Below, piece by piece: positions 1 to 12,915 of a stretch of 64,000 nucleotides of DNA (positions within the stretch are counted from its first letter, which is position 1; each line of letters opens with the position of its first letter). Source of the DNA: Felis catus (Eukaryota); NCBI RefSeq assembly GCF_018350175.1, contig NC_058382.1, positions 52,764,001 to 52,828,000 of the forward strand, in the 5' to 3' direction. The position numbers and the translations under genes are program-made. Below the pieces are notes generated by a model. It did no database searches. It had not been told where the DNA came from and saw only the letters and a program-made list of their open reading frames with translations.

Positions 1-578
1 CTTTGCGGGTGTAATTAAGGTAACTCATCGGGTGACTTTAAAATGGGGAGATTCCTGTGGCTTCTCAGGGTGGGTCCCATGGAATCACAGGTGCCCCTCA
101 GAGCAGAAGAGGGAGCAGAGGAGGGAGGGAATCAGAGAGAGGTGGCCAGAGGAGAGGCAGAACGATGACAGAGGACGAGGGTTCCGTGTTCGGTTCCTGA
201 CTTTGAAGATAGAGGGGACTGAGGGGACTGTGTGCTGAGAAAGATGGGCGGCTTCTAGACGCTGAGAGCTAGCTCTGGCCGGCAGCCAGAAGGAGATGGG
301 GGGCTCAGTCCCACAGCTGCGTGGGACAGGGGGACCTCAGTTCTACAACCACGTGGGACTGAATTCTGCCAATGCCTTGAGTGATGCTGGGAGCAGATTC
401 TTTGCCAGAGCCTCTAGGCAGGAGCCACAAAGTCTGACACCTGGGCCAGGTGACCCCGTGGCCTTGTGAGCCCCACCGTGTCTGGACTTCGGACCCGTGG
501 CAACGGTGAGATATATAAACAACACCCCCCCTTGTTGAAGCCGGCAGCCTGGCCACTTGCGGTGACCACGAACAAAAC
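1..578 (+). mobile_element. MaLR solo LTR, MLT1E-like (5' end outside window)
   Basis: MLT1-type motifs in consensus order: gtgtaattaagg...atggggagatt, actttgaagatagagggg, ggggacctcagttctacaaccac..gactgaattctgccaa, gcagattctttgccagagcctc, ggacttcggacc, ttgttgaagcc. Confidence 0.8.
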
Positions 579-1144
579 TCCTGCATTCCCCGGGGCCTTT
601 CGTGGGGGGCAGGTCTTGCCCAGCTCGCAGTCCCTTGAGCTCCTTGCCAAGTACCTCTGCCCCTTTCGCCCATTTTCCCTCCCTAGAGAATCAGCTCGCC
701 TCATTCAGTAGAATTGCTTTTGTTGGATTATGAGTGCGTCCAGAGGCATACTCAGCCTAATTATTGCCTTTGACTAACCCCAACACATAATGTTGTATGT
801 CATGCTGTACTACCTTTAATTTCACAGATGAACACGTTTCTATTCTTTAATCCCCTCTCCAAGTCTCGTGTTAACTCCATCTGGACGAGGCACTGAGGTG
901 TGTGTATGGCTTCCTCCAGGCTGAATGCCACAGCTGCCCTAGGTTCACCCTACGGGGCCAGGGCAACAGGGAAGAGGTTTTCCTCTTGAGTGACGAAAGC
1001 CTTATTATGTGGAGTTCATCGTGCTGGCCTGAGAGGTCTCGCTCCGAGATTCCACATGCCACCCCACGTCTGTATAGCCGTCTGTCTCGGGGACTTACCG
1101 TCTTAATAGCAACAGCACTGCTTCCTTAGTGTCTAACATGTGCC

Positions 1145-1312
1145 CATCAAGGGGTGTGCTGGGGGCTTTTCATGCATTATTTAACTTCACGATAGCACTC
1201 CCATTTGGCAGGTGAGAGGGCCAAGGCTTGTAGGCTTTCCAGGGCGATGTCGCTCTAAGCTTAGTCCAGCAGTTCAACCCAGGCGATGACACCAGAGTCT
1301 ATGTCCTTAACT
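1145..1312 (-). mobile_element. MIR SINE fragment
   Basis: Degenerate antisense MIR core: cccatttggcaggtgagagggccaaggc...ttcaacccaggc..tgacaccagagtc..gtccttaac. Confidence 0.5.
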
Positions 1313-1475
1313 ATGGAATACTGCGTATGTTTGCAGGTTGTGGTTTTGGTTAAAAAGAAGAGAATGGCCCCAATCATTTCATCTTGATAGATTACAGATT
1401 GTCTCATCCATCCTTTTCCAATACTCCCTCCCTGTCTTTGAGGGATTGTGTAGTCTCCAGCCCAGATGCACTACA

Positions 1476-1477
<2 letters not shown>

Positions 1478-1525
<48 letters not shown>

Positions 1526-1544
1526 ACGCGCGCGCGCGCGCATG
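1478..1544. repeat. Compound (TG)n-CA-(CG)7 microsatellite
   Basis: Uninterrupted purine/pyrimidine alternation seen directly. Confidence 0.97.
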
Positions 1545-2340
1545 ATGGGTGGGGTGGGGGAGTTAGTCATTGGTTATTTCCTTGAGGAAAAGGGAAGAGA
1601 AAAGCGCACCACTTTTCAGTGTTCCAGCCAGAGCACAGTGGCATGCCATTGTTCCAAGAGGAAGGGGCTTGTTTGTTTTATCAGCTCCTGATGAAATAGG
1701 ATATTGGGTTGGAAAGCTAAGTTATAGCAGGTGCACTTGAATTTGAGAAGGAGAGACAAAGCAGAACCCTGGCTCTTCAAGGTCAGTTTTATTTTCCTGT
1801 TCAGGCATAGCACACACACATACCCGTGCACAGGCAGGTTTTTGGCATTGGGATTTGTGGATTTCTAAACTCATGAATGATAAGACTTAAAATGATTGTC
1901 GCTAATGTGGGGTAAAAAGTTGAGCTGAGATCCTGTCTCCTCGGGTTGCATTTTCTGCAAGCATTTGGGTAACAGTTCCTCTTAGATACTTGCAGTTGAG
2001 GAAATTGGGAGTTTTCAAAAGAAATTGAAAATCTGAAATCATTATGCCCGGGACTTTGGGGTGCAAGAAGGCTGACACCTTTGAGGAAAGCCGGACTTTC
2101 AAGATTACGGTTCTGAGTGTGTCCTCTGATTCTAACGCGACATTTGCCAGGTGTGTGGTAGCTAAAGTCTGAAGATCCGCCCTGGAGAGAGTTCTTTCAA
2201 CCCTTTTCAAACCCCCCCCCCCCTGATTTTATCCCCAGTTGCCTTCCTCTCAGGCAATAGGTGGGTAGGGAGGCTGGGAGCAATCACAGGGGGGCAATGA
2301 GAAGAGACCAGATGAGACTGGAGTTTTGTTTTTTTTTTTT

Positions 2341-2850
2341 TTTCAGTTGTGAGTGATGCTATACCCACCCCCAGAACAAGGGGAGTTTATCATTTCCTGG
2401 AACCGGGAAGCCAAGCGTTAGATCTGGCATGGTCTGACCCGGGTGATCAAATGGCGCTGTCATAATTCTGTTTCTCTCCATCTTTCAGCTGAGCTTCCCT
2501 CTGGGTAAACTTCATTTTCAGCCAGGGCCAGTCCAGGAGGGCAGACATGGCCACCATGAGCCCAGACATCCTTCAGGTTCCAAGAACCAAGGGGGAAAGC
2601 GTGTGCCTGGCTCCTCCCCTACAGCGCCAGCAGGATTCTCGCGGCTGTCTCTCATTGGCCCTTAGTGGGCCACATGTCAGTCCCTGAACCAATCACCTTG
2701 CCCCTGTCCACAGCGGGCCTGAATGTCACGTCGGAGCTGAGGGATGAGATTGCTCGACCCAAGCCATAGAGATGGTGGGGAATGGTGTAAAGTTAGGAAT
2801 GTCATTGCTGGAAAAGTGGGATGAAGATTACAAAGATAGAAACAACAGAC
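2341..2850 (-). mobile_element. Old MaLR LTR, MLT1J/K-like
   Basis: tttcagttgtgagtga start, ctgtttctctccatct, ttcattttcagccagg, ctctcattggcc..ggccacatg..tccctgaaccaatcac. Confidence 0.7.
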
Positions 2851-3199
2851 CTCGATGGCAGCAGCTTTACTGCTACAGCGGTCCCCGTTGCTAGAGACCG
2901 TGTGAGTCTTACTTGACGTTGGTCTGGCTCTAGACTCATCCCCAGGGGAATTGGAGACCAAAGGACCTGAGAAGCTATTGCTTCTTATCCTTGGGAGCCA
3001 GGTGATGGGAGCACCAAGCATGGGCCCATGGAAGGGAAGAGAATCATACAAGTAGTCATGATGGGGTCCATCCAGGATTGCAGATGGCAGGGAAGGTTCG
3101 AACAGGACAAGGGGAGGTCCCTGGCCTAAGTGTGCCAAGTATAAGTAGCAGCATCCTTGTTATGGAGGAGGTAGTGCCAGCAGAGAGATGGTTTTTTGC

Positions 3200-3791
3200 T
3201 CTCGACCTTTTTCAAAGTACAGCCAAGGCGATCTTCTTGAAACTCAAATCTGGGTACACCATTCCTATTCCTCCCACCTCCACTTAAACCAAACTGATGG
3301 TTTTCTTTTGCTCTTAGGATAAAGACAGACCCCATAAACGTAATCCACAATCCTCCCACCCGCCCACCCAGTAATCTAGCCCCCATCTACCTCCCTAGTC
3401 TCATTTCTCTTGGCTCTCTCCTTAATTCTCTTCCCTCTTACCACAATGACTTTCTCCCAGTTTCTGCAAATTTTCCTGCTGCCTCCTGCCACGGGGCCTT
3501 TATGCATGCTGGTCTCTCTGCTTCTTTGCCCTCATATTTCAACTTCATTGTCACTCCCTCCAGGAAGCCATCCTCGACTGCAGTAAACCCTCCTAGAAGT
3601 TCTCAGAGATCCGCACAATGCCTCTTGACAGCCGTGCTGTGATTTTACACTTATTTGTGCTCATCTATCAATTCCTGTTTTTCCCACTAGACTGTGAGCT
3701 CCACAGGCCACGTGTCTGTTTTGATTCACCGGTGGCTCCCTAGTGCCCAAACAGAGGGCTCGGCAGCCGATAAATATGTATGGAATGAATG
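3200..3791 (+). mobile_element. L2 LINE 3' end
   Basis: acagccaaggcgatcttcttgaaactcaaatctg, ctcttaggataaa, gtcactccctccaggaagcc, cccactagactgtgagctccaca, taaatatgtatggaatgaatg tail. Confidence 0.8.
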
Positions 3792-4848
3792 CGTGAAAAA
3801 GCAAGTGAGTAAGGCTGTGCTTCCCCGGGACTTACTCAGGCTTCCAGAATCATTCTGCCATTGCGGAGGGAAGCAGGCGCCACAGGAAAAGCTGAACCTG
3901 GATCACGGATCCGTGGGCCAGCTAGGGCCCACAGGTGTTCATGACAGATCGCTCGTTTCCATGATTTTGCTTTGTTTCCTTGGAGGTGTTTTCTTCTGGT
4001 AGTCAGTGGTGGTGGTGGTGAAGCTGTATGTTAACTGAGCGACTGTTCACTTGGACCACACCCGACCAGTATCGGCGCTCAGACCTCCTAGGTTAGGGCC
4101 CTTGGTAAATCCAGCCCTCATTCTGAACAGACGGGCCAGATATAATGTGAGCATTGTCCTTTGGACCTAGACTGAGCTGAAGTCCATCCCTGGTCTACGT
4201 AGGATAGTCAAGGCGTGAAACAAATCACTACTTCAGGCACCATTGCAATGGGGGGGTTGCATATTTAACCTACTTGAGGGAACGCGCTCTTTTTAAGGGC
4301 TTTGCACACTAACTGTATGCAAACGGGTGCTGCTAATTGCAAACACGAGATTCAAACTTAGTCAAATTAGAAACCTGTTCATCGACGGTCCCTTGAGGCC
4401 CTCTGCTTTACTCTGTGAGTTGAAACTGCTATTTGGTGGTACATCCCACCATCTTTCTAACCCCCAGTTTACACTGGCTTCTGGCATTGCCTCAGGAGAC
4501 TCCCGGAGGGCAGAAACTTTGTCCCCCTTCACTTTTGCCCAATGCTCAGCACAGCCTGGCAGGTGCCTCACTTCAAAACAAAAATACATATTGAGGTCCT
4601 CTGTGCCAGGCATGGCAATGGGCTAGGACAGTAGAGACGCATGCATGCGTGGAGAAACTCTTCTCTGGAATGCCTTGCTCTCATCACCTGGTTCCAAATC
4701 TGAGCCAGCCCTTCTGTCCCAGCTCAAATTCCACCTTCCCTGAGGTGCCCAGCTGGATGGGATCAAGCCCCCTTCCACTCTTCGATGACATTGTGTCTAT
4801 GGCATTTATCTGACGCGTTTCACTTACCATCCTGTCTTGTATTTGTTT

Positions 4849-4952
4849 TCATTCATTAATTCACCAGTCACTTACTCATTGCTACTGAATAAAGCTTCTG
4901 TGCAAGACACCATGGGAGACAAAAAGATGGACGAGATATGGTCTTTGCTTTC
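4849..4952 (-). mobile_element. L2 fragment
   Basis: tcattcattaattcacc..tgtgcaagacac..gggagacaaaaagatggacgagatatggtctttgctttca. Confidence 0.5.
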
Positions 4953-4984
4953 ATATATTTCTCCTCGTCAGCAGCAACATATGT

Positions 4985-5078
4985 CAAGGCAAGGACTCTA
5001 TCTTTTTCTAGTCATCTTTTCTTTTTTTATCACCCATAAAAAGGCATGGCAGAGTAGGTATTATTGCACATTTTTTCG
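4985..5078 (+). mobile_element. L2 3' end fragment running into a GGAT array
   Basis: aggcaaggactctatcttt..ggcatggcagagtaggt. Confidence 0.4.
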
Positions 5079-5190
5079 GTGGATGGATGGATGATGAATG
5101 GACAGTTACATGGATGGATGGATGGATGGATGCGTGTACAGATGAATGGTTGGATAGATGGATAAATGGTGCATAGTTGGATGAATGGTG
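5079..5190. repeat. Degenerate (GGAT)n array
   Basis: ggatggatggat units seen directly. Confidence 0.9.
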
Positions 5191-5989
5191 GAATTTTTAT
5201 ATTTTATTGAAAATCTGCAATGATATCCTAGTGGCTTACTGGAAATAATGTAGCTGCCCATATGTCCAATCACCCTTTTGTACTTGTGAGCATCAGCGAC
5301 ATGCCAAGCCCATGCCAGAACCGGAGATAGACATACAAATGAGAACAATTAAGACAGACACCCTGTCATCAACGATTTCTTGGTACAAGACCACAGGCAC
5401 ATAAGCAAATGTCTGTTAACATGGGAGGTGAGGGTGGTGGGGAGGGTGACAGTGCAAATGGCACAAAGTAGTACTGGAACACAGATACTTGTTCGGCTTG
5501 CTCCTTCTTGATCCGGGAACTCTGCAGAGAGGACATCACTGTCGGAGGCTCTGTAGGATTTTCCTGGTGGAAAAGGGGGGGCTTTACCTCTGGGTCAGGA
5601 GGAGGGACTGTAGGTGTCAGAGACCCGGGCTGGTTCTGACAAGCCAGAAGGTGGTCTCAAATGATGTTCAGCACATCGGCACGAGTGGGCCACCAAGTGT
5701 CCCTCACAATCTAAAACAGATGTTTTCTCCACACACAGTGTCCATGAAGTTGGTCAGGGTTGTGCTGTGACACTTGGGGCAGACTCAAGACAAGTGGGGA
5801 GGGGGTGGTGTTTACAAGGTCTAGAGTCTCAGATTCTATTTTTGCTGGAACACGGGAGTCCAGATCTTGGTCAGGACAGTCAAAAGTTCTCCTCAAATAG
5901 GGACACTGTGCTGAAATTCTAATAGCTGGTCATTTCTACCACTATATTTTTCAAATATGCTTTTTGTTGAAGCTGTTGTCACTTCTTTT

Positions 5990-6305
5990 TTAATGGGCTT
6001 TCCTTTTTAGAGCATTTTTAGGTTCACAACATATTTGAGAGGAAAGTATGAGAAGTGCCCATATCCCCTTACCCCCACACATGCACAGCAACCCCCCCAT
6101 CAGGATCCCCTACAGAATGGCTCTTGGGTTGCCCTTGAAGAATCTATCCTGACACATCACTGTCACCCAGAGTCTGTACTTTATATCAGGGTTTACTGTC
6201 GGCGTTGTTCATTCTGGGGGTTTGGACAGACGGATCATGACATGGGTCCACGATTGTGGTCTCATACAGAGTAGTTTCACTGCCCTAAAAATCCTCTGTT
6301 TTCCC
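5990..6305 (-). mobile_element. L1MC-like LINE-1 3' UTR fragment
   Basis: tttttagagcatttttaggttcaca, cccccacacatgcacagc, tgacacatcactgtcacccagagtc, catacagagtagtttcactgccctaaaaatcctctgt. Confidence 0.85.
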
Positions 6306-7035
6306 CTTTTTTCCCCCTTTTTGAACCTGCATCAGAAATTCTTTTTGAGTTTTCAAGTTTTGAAAGTGTGCCACAAACATGAAATTCCAAGCTCTGCCTC
6401 TCATCCAAGCATCGTCCCAGATCCCCAGGGAGAAAGAGGATAGTGAGACTGGGTCTGGGCAGGTGGACTTGAAACATGTCAGGGGGCACATCTCAAACAC
6501 ACAGCTTGGAGCCACTCAAAATTCTGAGAAATTGGATGTTTCCTAAAGAAGGTTTGCCATCATTTCTGAGTGATTATGGTCCTTCCAAGTACGTGGGTGT
6601 CTTCGACAAGAACAAACCTGCCGGAAGCTTGAGGATTCTGTTCAGTCTTAAAGATCTCAGCATCATAACGTTTGTTATCATGTGCTTTACTTAATAGACT
6701 CATCTGATGTGACGTTTTATATCATCCTTTGTCTCTAAGTGATTTACTGCTGGGAAGATAATAAACACTCCAGGTTTATACTCAGAAAGTCAAATACACC
6801 ACGAATGTTGCATCCTAAGGTATTTGCACTTAAAGAGGAAATATTTACTGAGATGGGGGCACGTGACTTTTCTAACAAACCACACCACCATCCCTTTCTG
6901 CAAGGAAATAAATAATTGAGATACCGACATGCATGATGGCCAGATGAATTATCTGAGAAAAACTTAGCATCTAATGATGTTCTTTTGAGATCACAAGGAA
7001 GAATTATATTCACTTGAGCTGAGGTGGTTTTTTTT

Positions 7036-7039
7036 CTTT

Positions 7040-7102
<63 letters not shown>

Positions 7103-7107
7103 TCTTT
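7036..7107. repeat. (CT)n/(TTTC)n microsatellite
   Basis: Seen directly. Confidence 0.95.
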
Positions 7108-8531
7108 AGTTGTAAAAACAGTCACAAATGTGAGTGCTTCGGGCTTGAACCTGTCGACAGTCAGTGGCCTACTGCGGAGATAGAGATGTCACCTGTCTTT
7201 GGGTCTGAGACACCAGAGCAGGTGTTTCTGTGGGAACTAGGGGCTTCAACCACTTTAATCTTGGATCTTCTTGCTGGTGAAATGCCCGTGATTCATAACT
7301 CAGTCACGTTGCTGCGGGCTGTCTCTTCAGATAGATTCTATCTCTAAGAACTTAAGTCAAGGGATTTTCAAACAGTCACTTGATTTATGTACGTGAACCT
7401 CTCACTCAGGAAAAGAACTTTTATTTGGCAAAGCACCATGTGAACAGAGGCCTGAAAGAAATAATTAGGACTCTCTTCTCCCTTTTTAATCTCAAGGTTT
7501 CCCTGCACGGGTGTGGACGGCCCACTCGTACCTTTGTGAATTTGCCGAGAAGAAGGGTGCGTGCGGCACGGCTGATCCGACTGCTTCCCTTTCTTTTGTT
7601 TGCGCAACAACTCAATCCACCGTCACCACATCAGCACATTTTGCTGCAAATCTCAGTGCCCTCTCGCTTTTGTTTTACTTAATGCATGTCTGCGTTTACC
7701 CAAGGCCAGAGGAGCTGTTTTCTTGTGAGTAGCGTACCTGTCTCAAATAACTAAAATTGCCTGGGCCACGGAATCGGAGCCTTCATATTCCCCCATATGT
7801 TATTCGGTCCTATTGTTCCTGAACTTACTCATCATTCACACAGTGAAGGAAATTCCATTTGGTCCTTTTAAGACTGCCAGACTAGCTGACTTAAACACTC
7901 AGCCCCGGCTACTTCTGGATATTTCAGTTCTTTATTGAAATGGTCCTTCTAATGTCATCTTTAATTTAATCAAATAGTGTCATCAAAATAACATTTACTC
8001 TATTACTGCAAATTCACTGCATTATTAACTAGTGTAACTAGACAAAAAAAGATGGTACAAACCCCCATGGAAATATATACTTACTGTAAAAATGGATACA
8101 GTTCATAGATGTTCTATATTTAATTTGCAGTTTCAAAGCACTCTCTATGGAGAGGTTTTATGGTTCTGAAATAATTTAAAAACACACTTTACTACAATCC
8201 ATAGCAGGTAGTTTTTGCCAATTTGGGAAGTTATGGTACCTCGTACTTTCCAAAGTAACCCGCGCTGTATTTTTTACAGCAAGGTGCCTGTCCCATTACA
8301 AACGGGAGTCGGTCCTCCCGCCATAGATGGTTTAACCAAGGGCTTGCTAGTTTTCCCTCAAACAACCGAAATATAACAGCATAAATAGTTTGGCAGGTGT
8401 CGTTGGAATCCAGGTAGCTTGATGAAAAAAATTCTTCGAGGCCACTTTGGATACTTTGATCAGAGAACAGGCCATGCTTGGGGCAGGGGACAAAGGCTGA
8501 GAGGGTTATGCAATTTAAAAAGTCTTGCTTT

Positions 8532-8696
8532 GGGGCTCCTGGGTGGCTCAGTCAGTTAAGCGGCCGACTCTTGGTTTTGGCTCAGGTCATGATCTCACGG
8601 TCTATGGGTTTGAGCCCCACACTGGGCTCTGCGCTCCCAGTGTGGAGCCTGCTTCGGATCCTCTGTTTCCCTCTCTGCCCCTCTCCCGCTTGAGCG

Positions 8697-8732
<36 letters not shown>

Positions 8733-8750
8733 AATAAATAAAACATTAAA
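8532..8750 (+). mobile_element. CanSINE (tRNA-Lys-derived), older feliform type
   Basis: ggggctcctgggtggctcagtcagttaagc head, B-box-like gggtttgagcccc, (CT)n, aaaaataaataaaacatt tail. Confidence 0.95.
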
Positions 8751-9169
8751 TTTTTTTTAATTCTTCTTTTGATTCAAAAGAAAATATGGACTGGGAGATA
8801 AGAGTTCTGAGTTCAAGATGTTGAACATGTTATTTGCTAGGCCTTAATTTTCTCATCAATGAGAAGAGAGAGTTCTATGATAGTGAGACACTTACTATCA
8901 GAATAATCCATTATTTTCAAAATGCTATCTACTCACTTTCTCTTGAGATCAATCATACTATCTTCCAATTAGAATTCTTTTTATCAGAACTTGCCACTAG
9001 CTATTTCTTTGTACAGTATAAAAGTAAAATATCAGTGGCACACCTCTATTTCACAATTGCATTCTTCTCCCTACCAAGAAATTCTGTTCTTGGAAGGATA
9101 TTGGATAGACCTACCAATAAGGGTATTAAATAAAGTCATTCATTTTTAAAAGGCATATATTTTTCACCT

Positions 9170-9280
9170 GTTGCTGTACCAGCCCACCAGTCAGGTGCTA
9201 TGGTAGGCTCCAAGAATGCAAAGACAAATAAGTTCAAGGTCTCTGTTTTATGGAATTTGCAGTCTAGTAGGGAACACAAA
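9170..9280 (-). mobile_element. L2 fragment
   Basis: gtcaggtgctatggtaggctccaagaatgcaaagacaaataag..ggtctctgttttatggaatttgcagtctagtaggg. Confidence 0.55.
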
Positions 9281-9353
9281 CATTTGAAGAGAATGATAAA
9301 GTAATTAAGATATTATAATAAAAGTCTTCCCAGGGTTGCACATTCCTCTCTTT

Positions 9354-9500
9354 ATCCATCTGTCCATCCATCCATCCTTTCACCCATCCATCAACCCATC
9401 CATCCATCCACCCATCCGTCCCTACTTCCATCTGTCCATCTGTCCATCCTTCCATGCATCCATCTCAACTTCCATCCATCCATGCACCCATTTATCTGCC
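9354..9500. repeat. Degenerate (TCCA)n array
   Basis: Seen directly. Confidence 0.9.
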
Positions 9501-9719
9501 TAACCACCTCTAGGATGTCAGAACCATCCATGCTGAATCTCAGTGGAATAAGAAGGCTTTGTTGAAGATCAAGAACTTGTTGAAGTCTGTAGAATGTAGT
9601 GGAGTTCCAGATACTGATGAGACTTTATAGAAATAGGACATCAAAAGGCCTGGAAACCTTGCTAGGCAAGAAGCACAGATCGATGAATCCAAGAGAAGTG
9701 GGGTACAGTCGTGCTCAAT

Positions 9720-9876
9720 CAGTGGTTCTCAACCCTACTGGAATCATCTGGGAAACTGTAAAAGAAAAATCCTAATGTCTGAGTTCTTCCTCTAGGGAGC
9801 CTGGTTAGGTTATAGCATGGCAACAGAATTTTTGAAAGTTCCCTAAGTGATTCTAATTTGCAACTAAGATTAGGAA
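9720..9876. mobile_element. MER5A-like hAT-Charlie MITE
   Basis: cagtggttctcaacc TIR, gaatcatctggga, aagttccctaagtgattctaatttgca. Confidence 0.75.
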
Positions 9877-10479
9877 TAAAGGGCATGTGTGAGGAGATAT
9901 CTTCCTGGATGATTGAAGGAAGTATCAGTGGTGTCCATGCCTTTGGCTAGCGGGTATATGACACATGGGTGGGCCAAATTAGTTTAACAGGCCACTGGTA
10001 GGTCAAATGTCATAGAAGTGAGGAGTAGGGTGGTTTGTTTTTGATGATACAACAGAGATGAGACTCAGGCAGCAGGACTAATCCCAGACACCCATGATTT
10101 GGTGTAGACAATTGCTAATACCTGACTTATAATGTTTGACCCCCAAACGGGCCATAATTAGGGTCACAGGTCAAAGACACCCTTACTTCTGATTTGGAAT
10201 GACAAAAAATGATAGGACCAGGGTTTCCTATCTTCTTGTGTAGTGCTTGCCTTGTACATTCAACAACAAATCAGCATTTGTTGCTGACTGCCTGGCTGCA
10301 ATTATTCATTCTTTAGCCACGTAAGCCTCTTCTCCAACAACCTCACTACTTAACATGAAAGGAGACTCTTACCCAATGGAAATCATTCACTTGCTTTAGG
10401 TCGAAGCCATTGAGAATCACAATGATGTCTCATTCTGTCACATTCTTACCAGGGAAGGACATACATCCATGACTTAGCG

Positions 10480-10610
10480 GATATTTATTGAGTCAGGCAC
10501 TGTCAGGCATGGAACAGATCCAGTGGTAAGAAAGAGAAAAATGGTCTCTGCCTTCTGGGATCTTACAATCTGGAGGGGACAGAGAGCTAAATAAAGCAAC
10601 TCAATACAGC
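10480..10610 (-). mobile_element. L2 fragment
   Basis: atatttattgag..caggcactgt..aatggtctctgccttctgggatcttacaatctggagggga. Confidence 0.6.
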
Positions 10611-11241
10611 GCAGCAATCATAATAATTCCTATGTCATCAGCCACTGAGTTGAATGAATCTATGACAGGTATACAGCAGTTCATCTGTAAGGAGGCATAT
10701 CTAGCTTTGGAAGTTCTTTTTAATTGAGTTGTTTTGTTTATTTATTTTGGGTTAAGTTGGTATAATCTTTCACTGAATCTCTGTCTTGGTTGTCATATCT
10801 ATTACACACATACAAGCAGACACACACACGCACACAAACACACACACTGATGTGTTGAAGACTTTATGTTAAAGGTACCGAACTTCAGAACCTATGGGTT
10901 TGCATAGGTCCCCAAATCCTGTTAACCTCTTGGAAACAGAAGAATCTAAAGCGTATTCTCCATAAAGTATCTTTGCAGGGAAAGAAATTACTCACTTGTA
11001 ATTGGACGTCTCACAGAGTCATCAGCCCCATAGATGGGTGCTTGCCGACCTACAGACCCATGAGACTTGGGTGTTCTCAGCTGAAAGTACAAGTTCCCTT
11101 GAAAAAGAGAGTCAAGCCAAAATGGTTTGTTCCAGATCATACTGTCTTTAAAATCCAGGCAGTCTTTCATACAAGGTGGATGATATCTGAAAATAGGTTT
11201 ACATAGGTTAGTGAGAAAAATGGGAAAATTACCATTATAAG

Positions 11242-11269
11242 TTTTTTTTTTTTTTTTTTTTTTTTTTTT
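11242..11269. repeat. Poly(T) run
   Basis: 28 consecutive T. Confidence 0.95.
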
Positions 11270-11436
11270 GGTAATGACGATTCTATGCTTAGACTGATGA
11301 TCATATAATTAGAAGTGGCTAAGTTGGTGTGTTCCTTGTAAAACTCATTGGCGTATGGAAATTTTGTTTTTGACCATCAAGGAGGGTGCAGTCTGTGGCG
11401 TGGCACATGGAAAACAGTAGCTATGTAGTGATAAGA

Positions 11437-11535
11437 TGGATGGATGCATGCATGGATGGGTGGATGGTGATGAGTGGATAGATGGATAGGATGGATGGAT
11501 GGATGGATGCATAGATGGATAGTTGCATGGATGGG
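11437..11535. repeat. Degenerate (GGAT)n array
   Basis: Seen directly. Confidence 0.9.
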
Positions 11536-11589
11536 TAAAGGGATAAATGAAAGGCCCTGTTCCCCTTAAGAAAATCTTTACCAAGGAGC

Positions 11590-11751
11590 CCTGATCCCCA
11601 AACTTGCACATGCAAGAGAATCCTCAGTATGAGCTTGCTAAAATAAGAACATTTGGGGGTGTCATTCCCAGAGATTCTGACTCAGTAGTTCTGGAGAGAA
11701 ACTTGCGAATCTGTGTTTTTTAAACAAGTACCCCAGGTTATTATAGTATGC
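11590..11751. mobile_element. MER5-like hAT-Charlie MITE
   Basis: gagcttgctaaaat, cccagagattctgactcagtagttctgg, gaatctgtgttttttaaacaagtaccccaggt. Confidence 0.75.
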
Positions 11752-12589
11752 ATAGTCTTGCCCTCCTGGATCCTCATTCATCTCTATTTCTAGAATATCT
11801 TCTGTTTTATTGATTTTGCAGAGATTATTGTGTCGTTCCATTTTGCCTGCATTCAGGAGTTGCTGCTTTCAAATCAGCATCATAGGCAGTTTGGAAGAGA
11901 TTTGGGGGAGAGTTGGGTGGCCAGGTCTCTGCTTCCAGTGACAGCTCTCCTGTGTCCCATCAGGACCTCCTTTCGGGATGATCCTGGAGAAACCTAGATA
12001 TGCCTTCGACCTGTGATCTGGTGGGCCAGGCTATAGGGAAGCTTTGGAAAGGGATGATATCGGGGTGAACAAGGGAGAGAGGTTTGTCTTCTGAAGTGGA
12101 GTGTTCCCCAGAGGTAGGAGAGCAAGCCTTTGACCAGGATCCAGGATGTTTATCCATTAGGCGACTCTTCACATGGTATGATTTGGAGGTGGCCTCTCTA
12201 TACTCCTTGATGGCTGAATTTCATGCCACAGGACAGAAGTTTTGGGTCATTGGGGCATCTTTTTTTTTTTCTGGAAGTAATCTAAATATGAAGAAGAGAG
12301 AAGAAGGCCCTAGGATGCTGGACGAGGGCTGCTAGGTAGCTGGGAGTTTCACACATTCGTGATTTCCTTGTAGGCCAAGTTTACTCTCGGGGATGACAGT
12401 CATTTTCCAAGAAAGTGAGATTGCTTCACATTGTGTTTAAAGGCTTAAATAATGTATTCTGTCAGACAATTCTCTGAAATGGTTTTCCAAGTGAATGCAT
12501 CAGAAAGTGCCTAGAAAGAATGCCAGCCACGGGGAGAGGAGGACCTTCAGAAAATGTGAGCTGCTTGAGTCCGAATCCAACTGGCGGTG

Positions 12590-12910
12590 TACCATACAAA
12601 TGGTAAGGTGTGCACATATTAGAGATAGTTCAAAGAATTTATATACCACGTAACTTATTTACACACACGTGCAAACACCACCCAGATCAAACTAGAGAAC
12701 GTTTCCAGTATCCCAGAAGGCTTCCCTTTCCAACCAGTAGATCCCATAACCATCAAGAGCTAACCACTGTTGTGATACCTTGAGTTTTATATAAAGAGAA
12801 TCATACAGCATGGACTCATTAGTGTCTGGCTGATTTTACTCCTCATTGTGTTACGTGATTCATCCACAGTATTTCATTTTTCTTTGCCGCTGTGTCGTAT
12901 GCCATCTGTC
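12590..12910 (-). mobile_element. L1ME-like LINE-1 fragment
   Basis: caccacccagatcaaactagagaacgtttccagtatcccagaaggcttccc, ttttatataaagagaatcatacagcat, gtgtctggct, gattcatcca. Confidence 0.7.
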
Positions 12911-12915
12911 CAACA

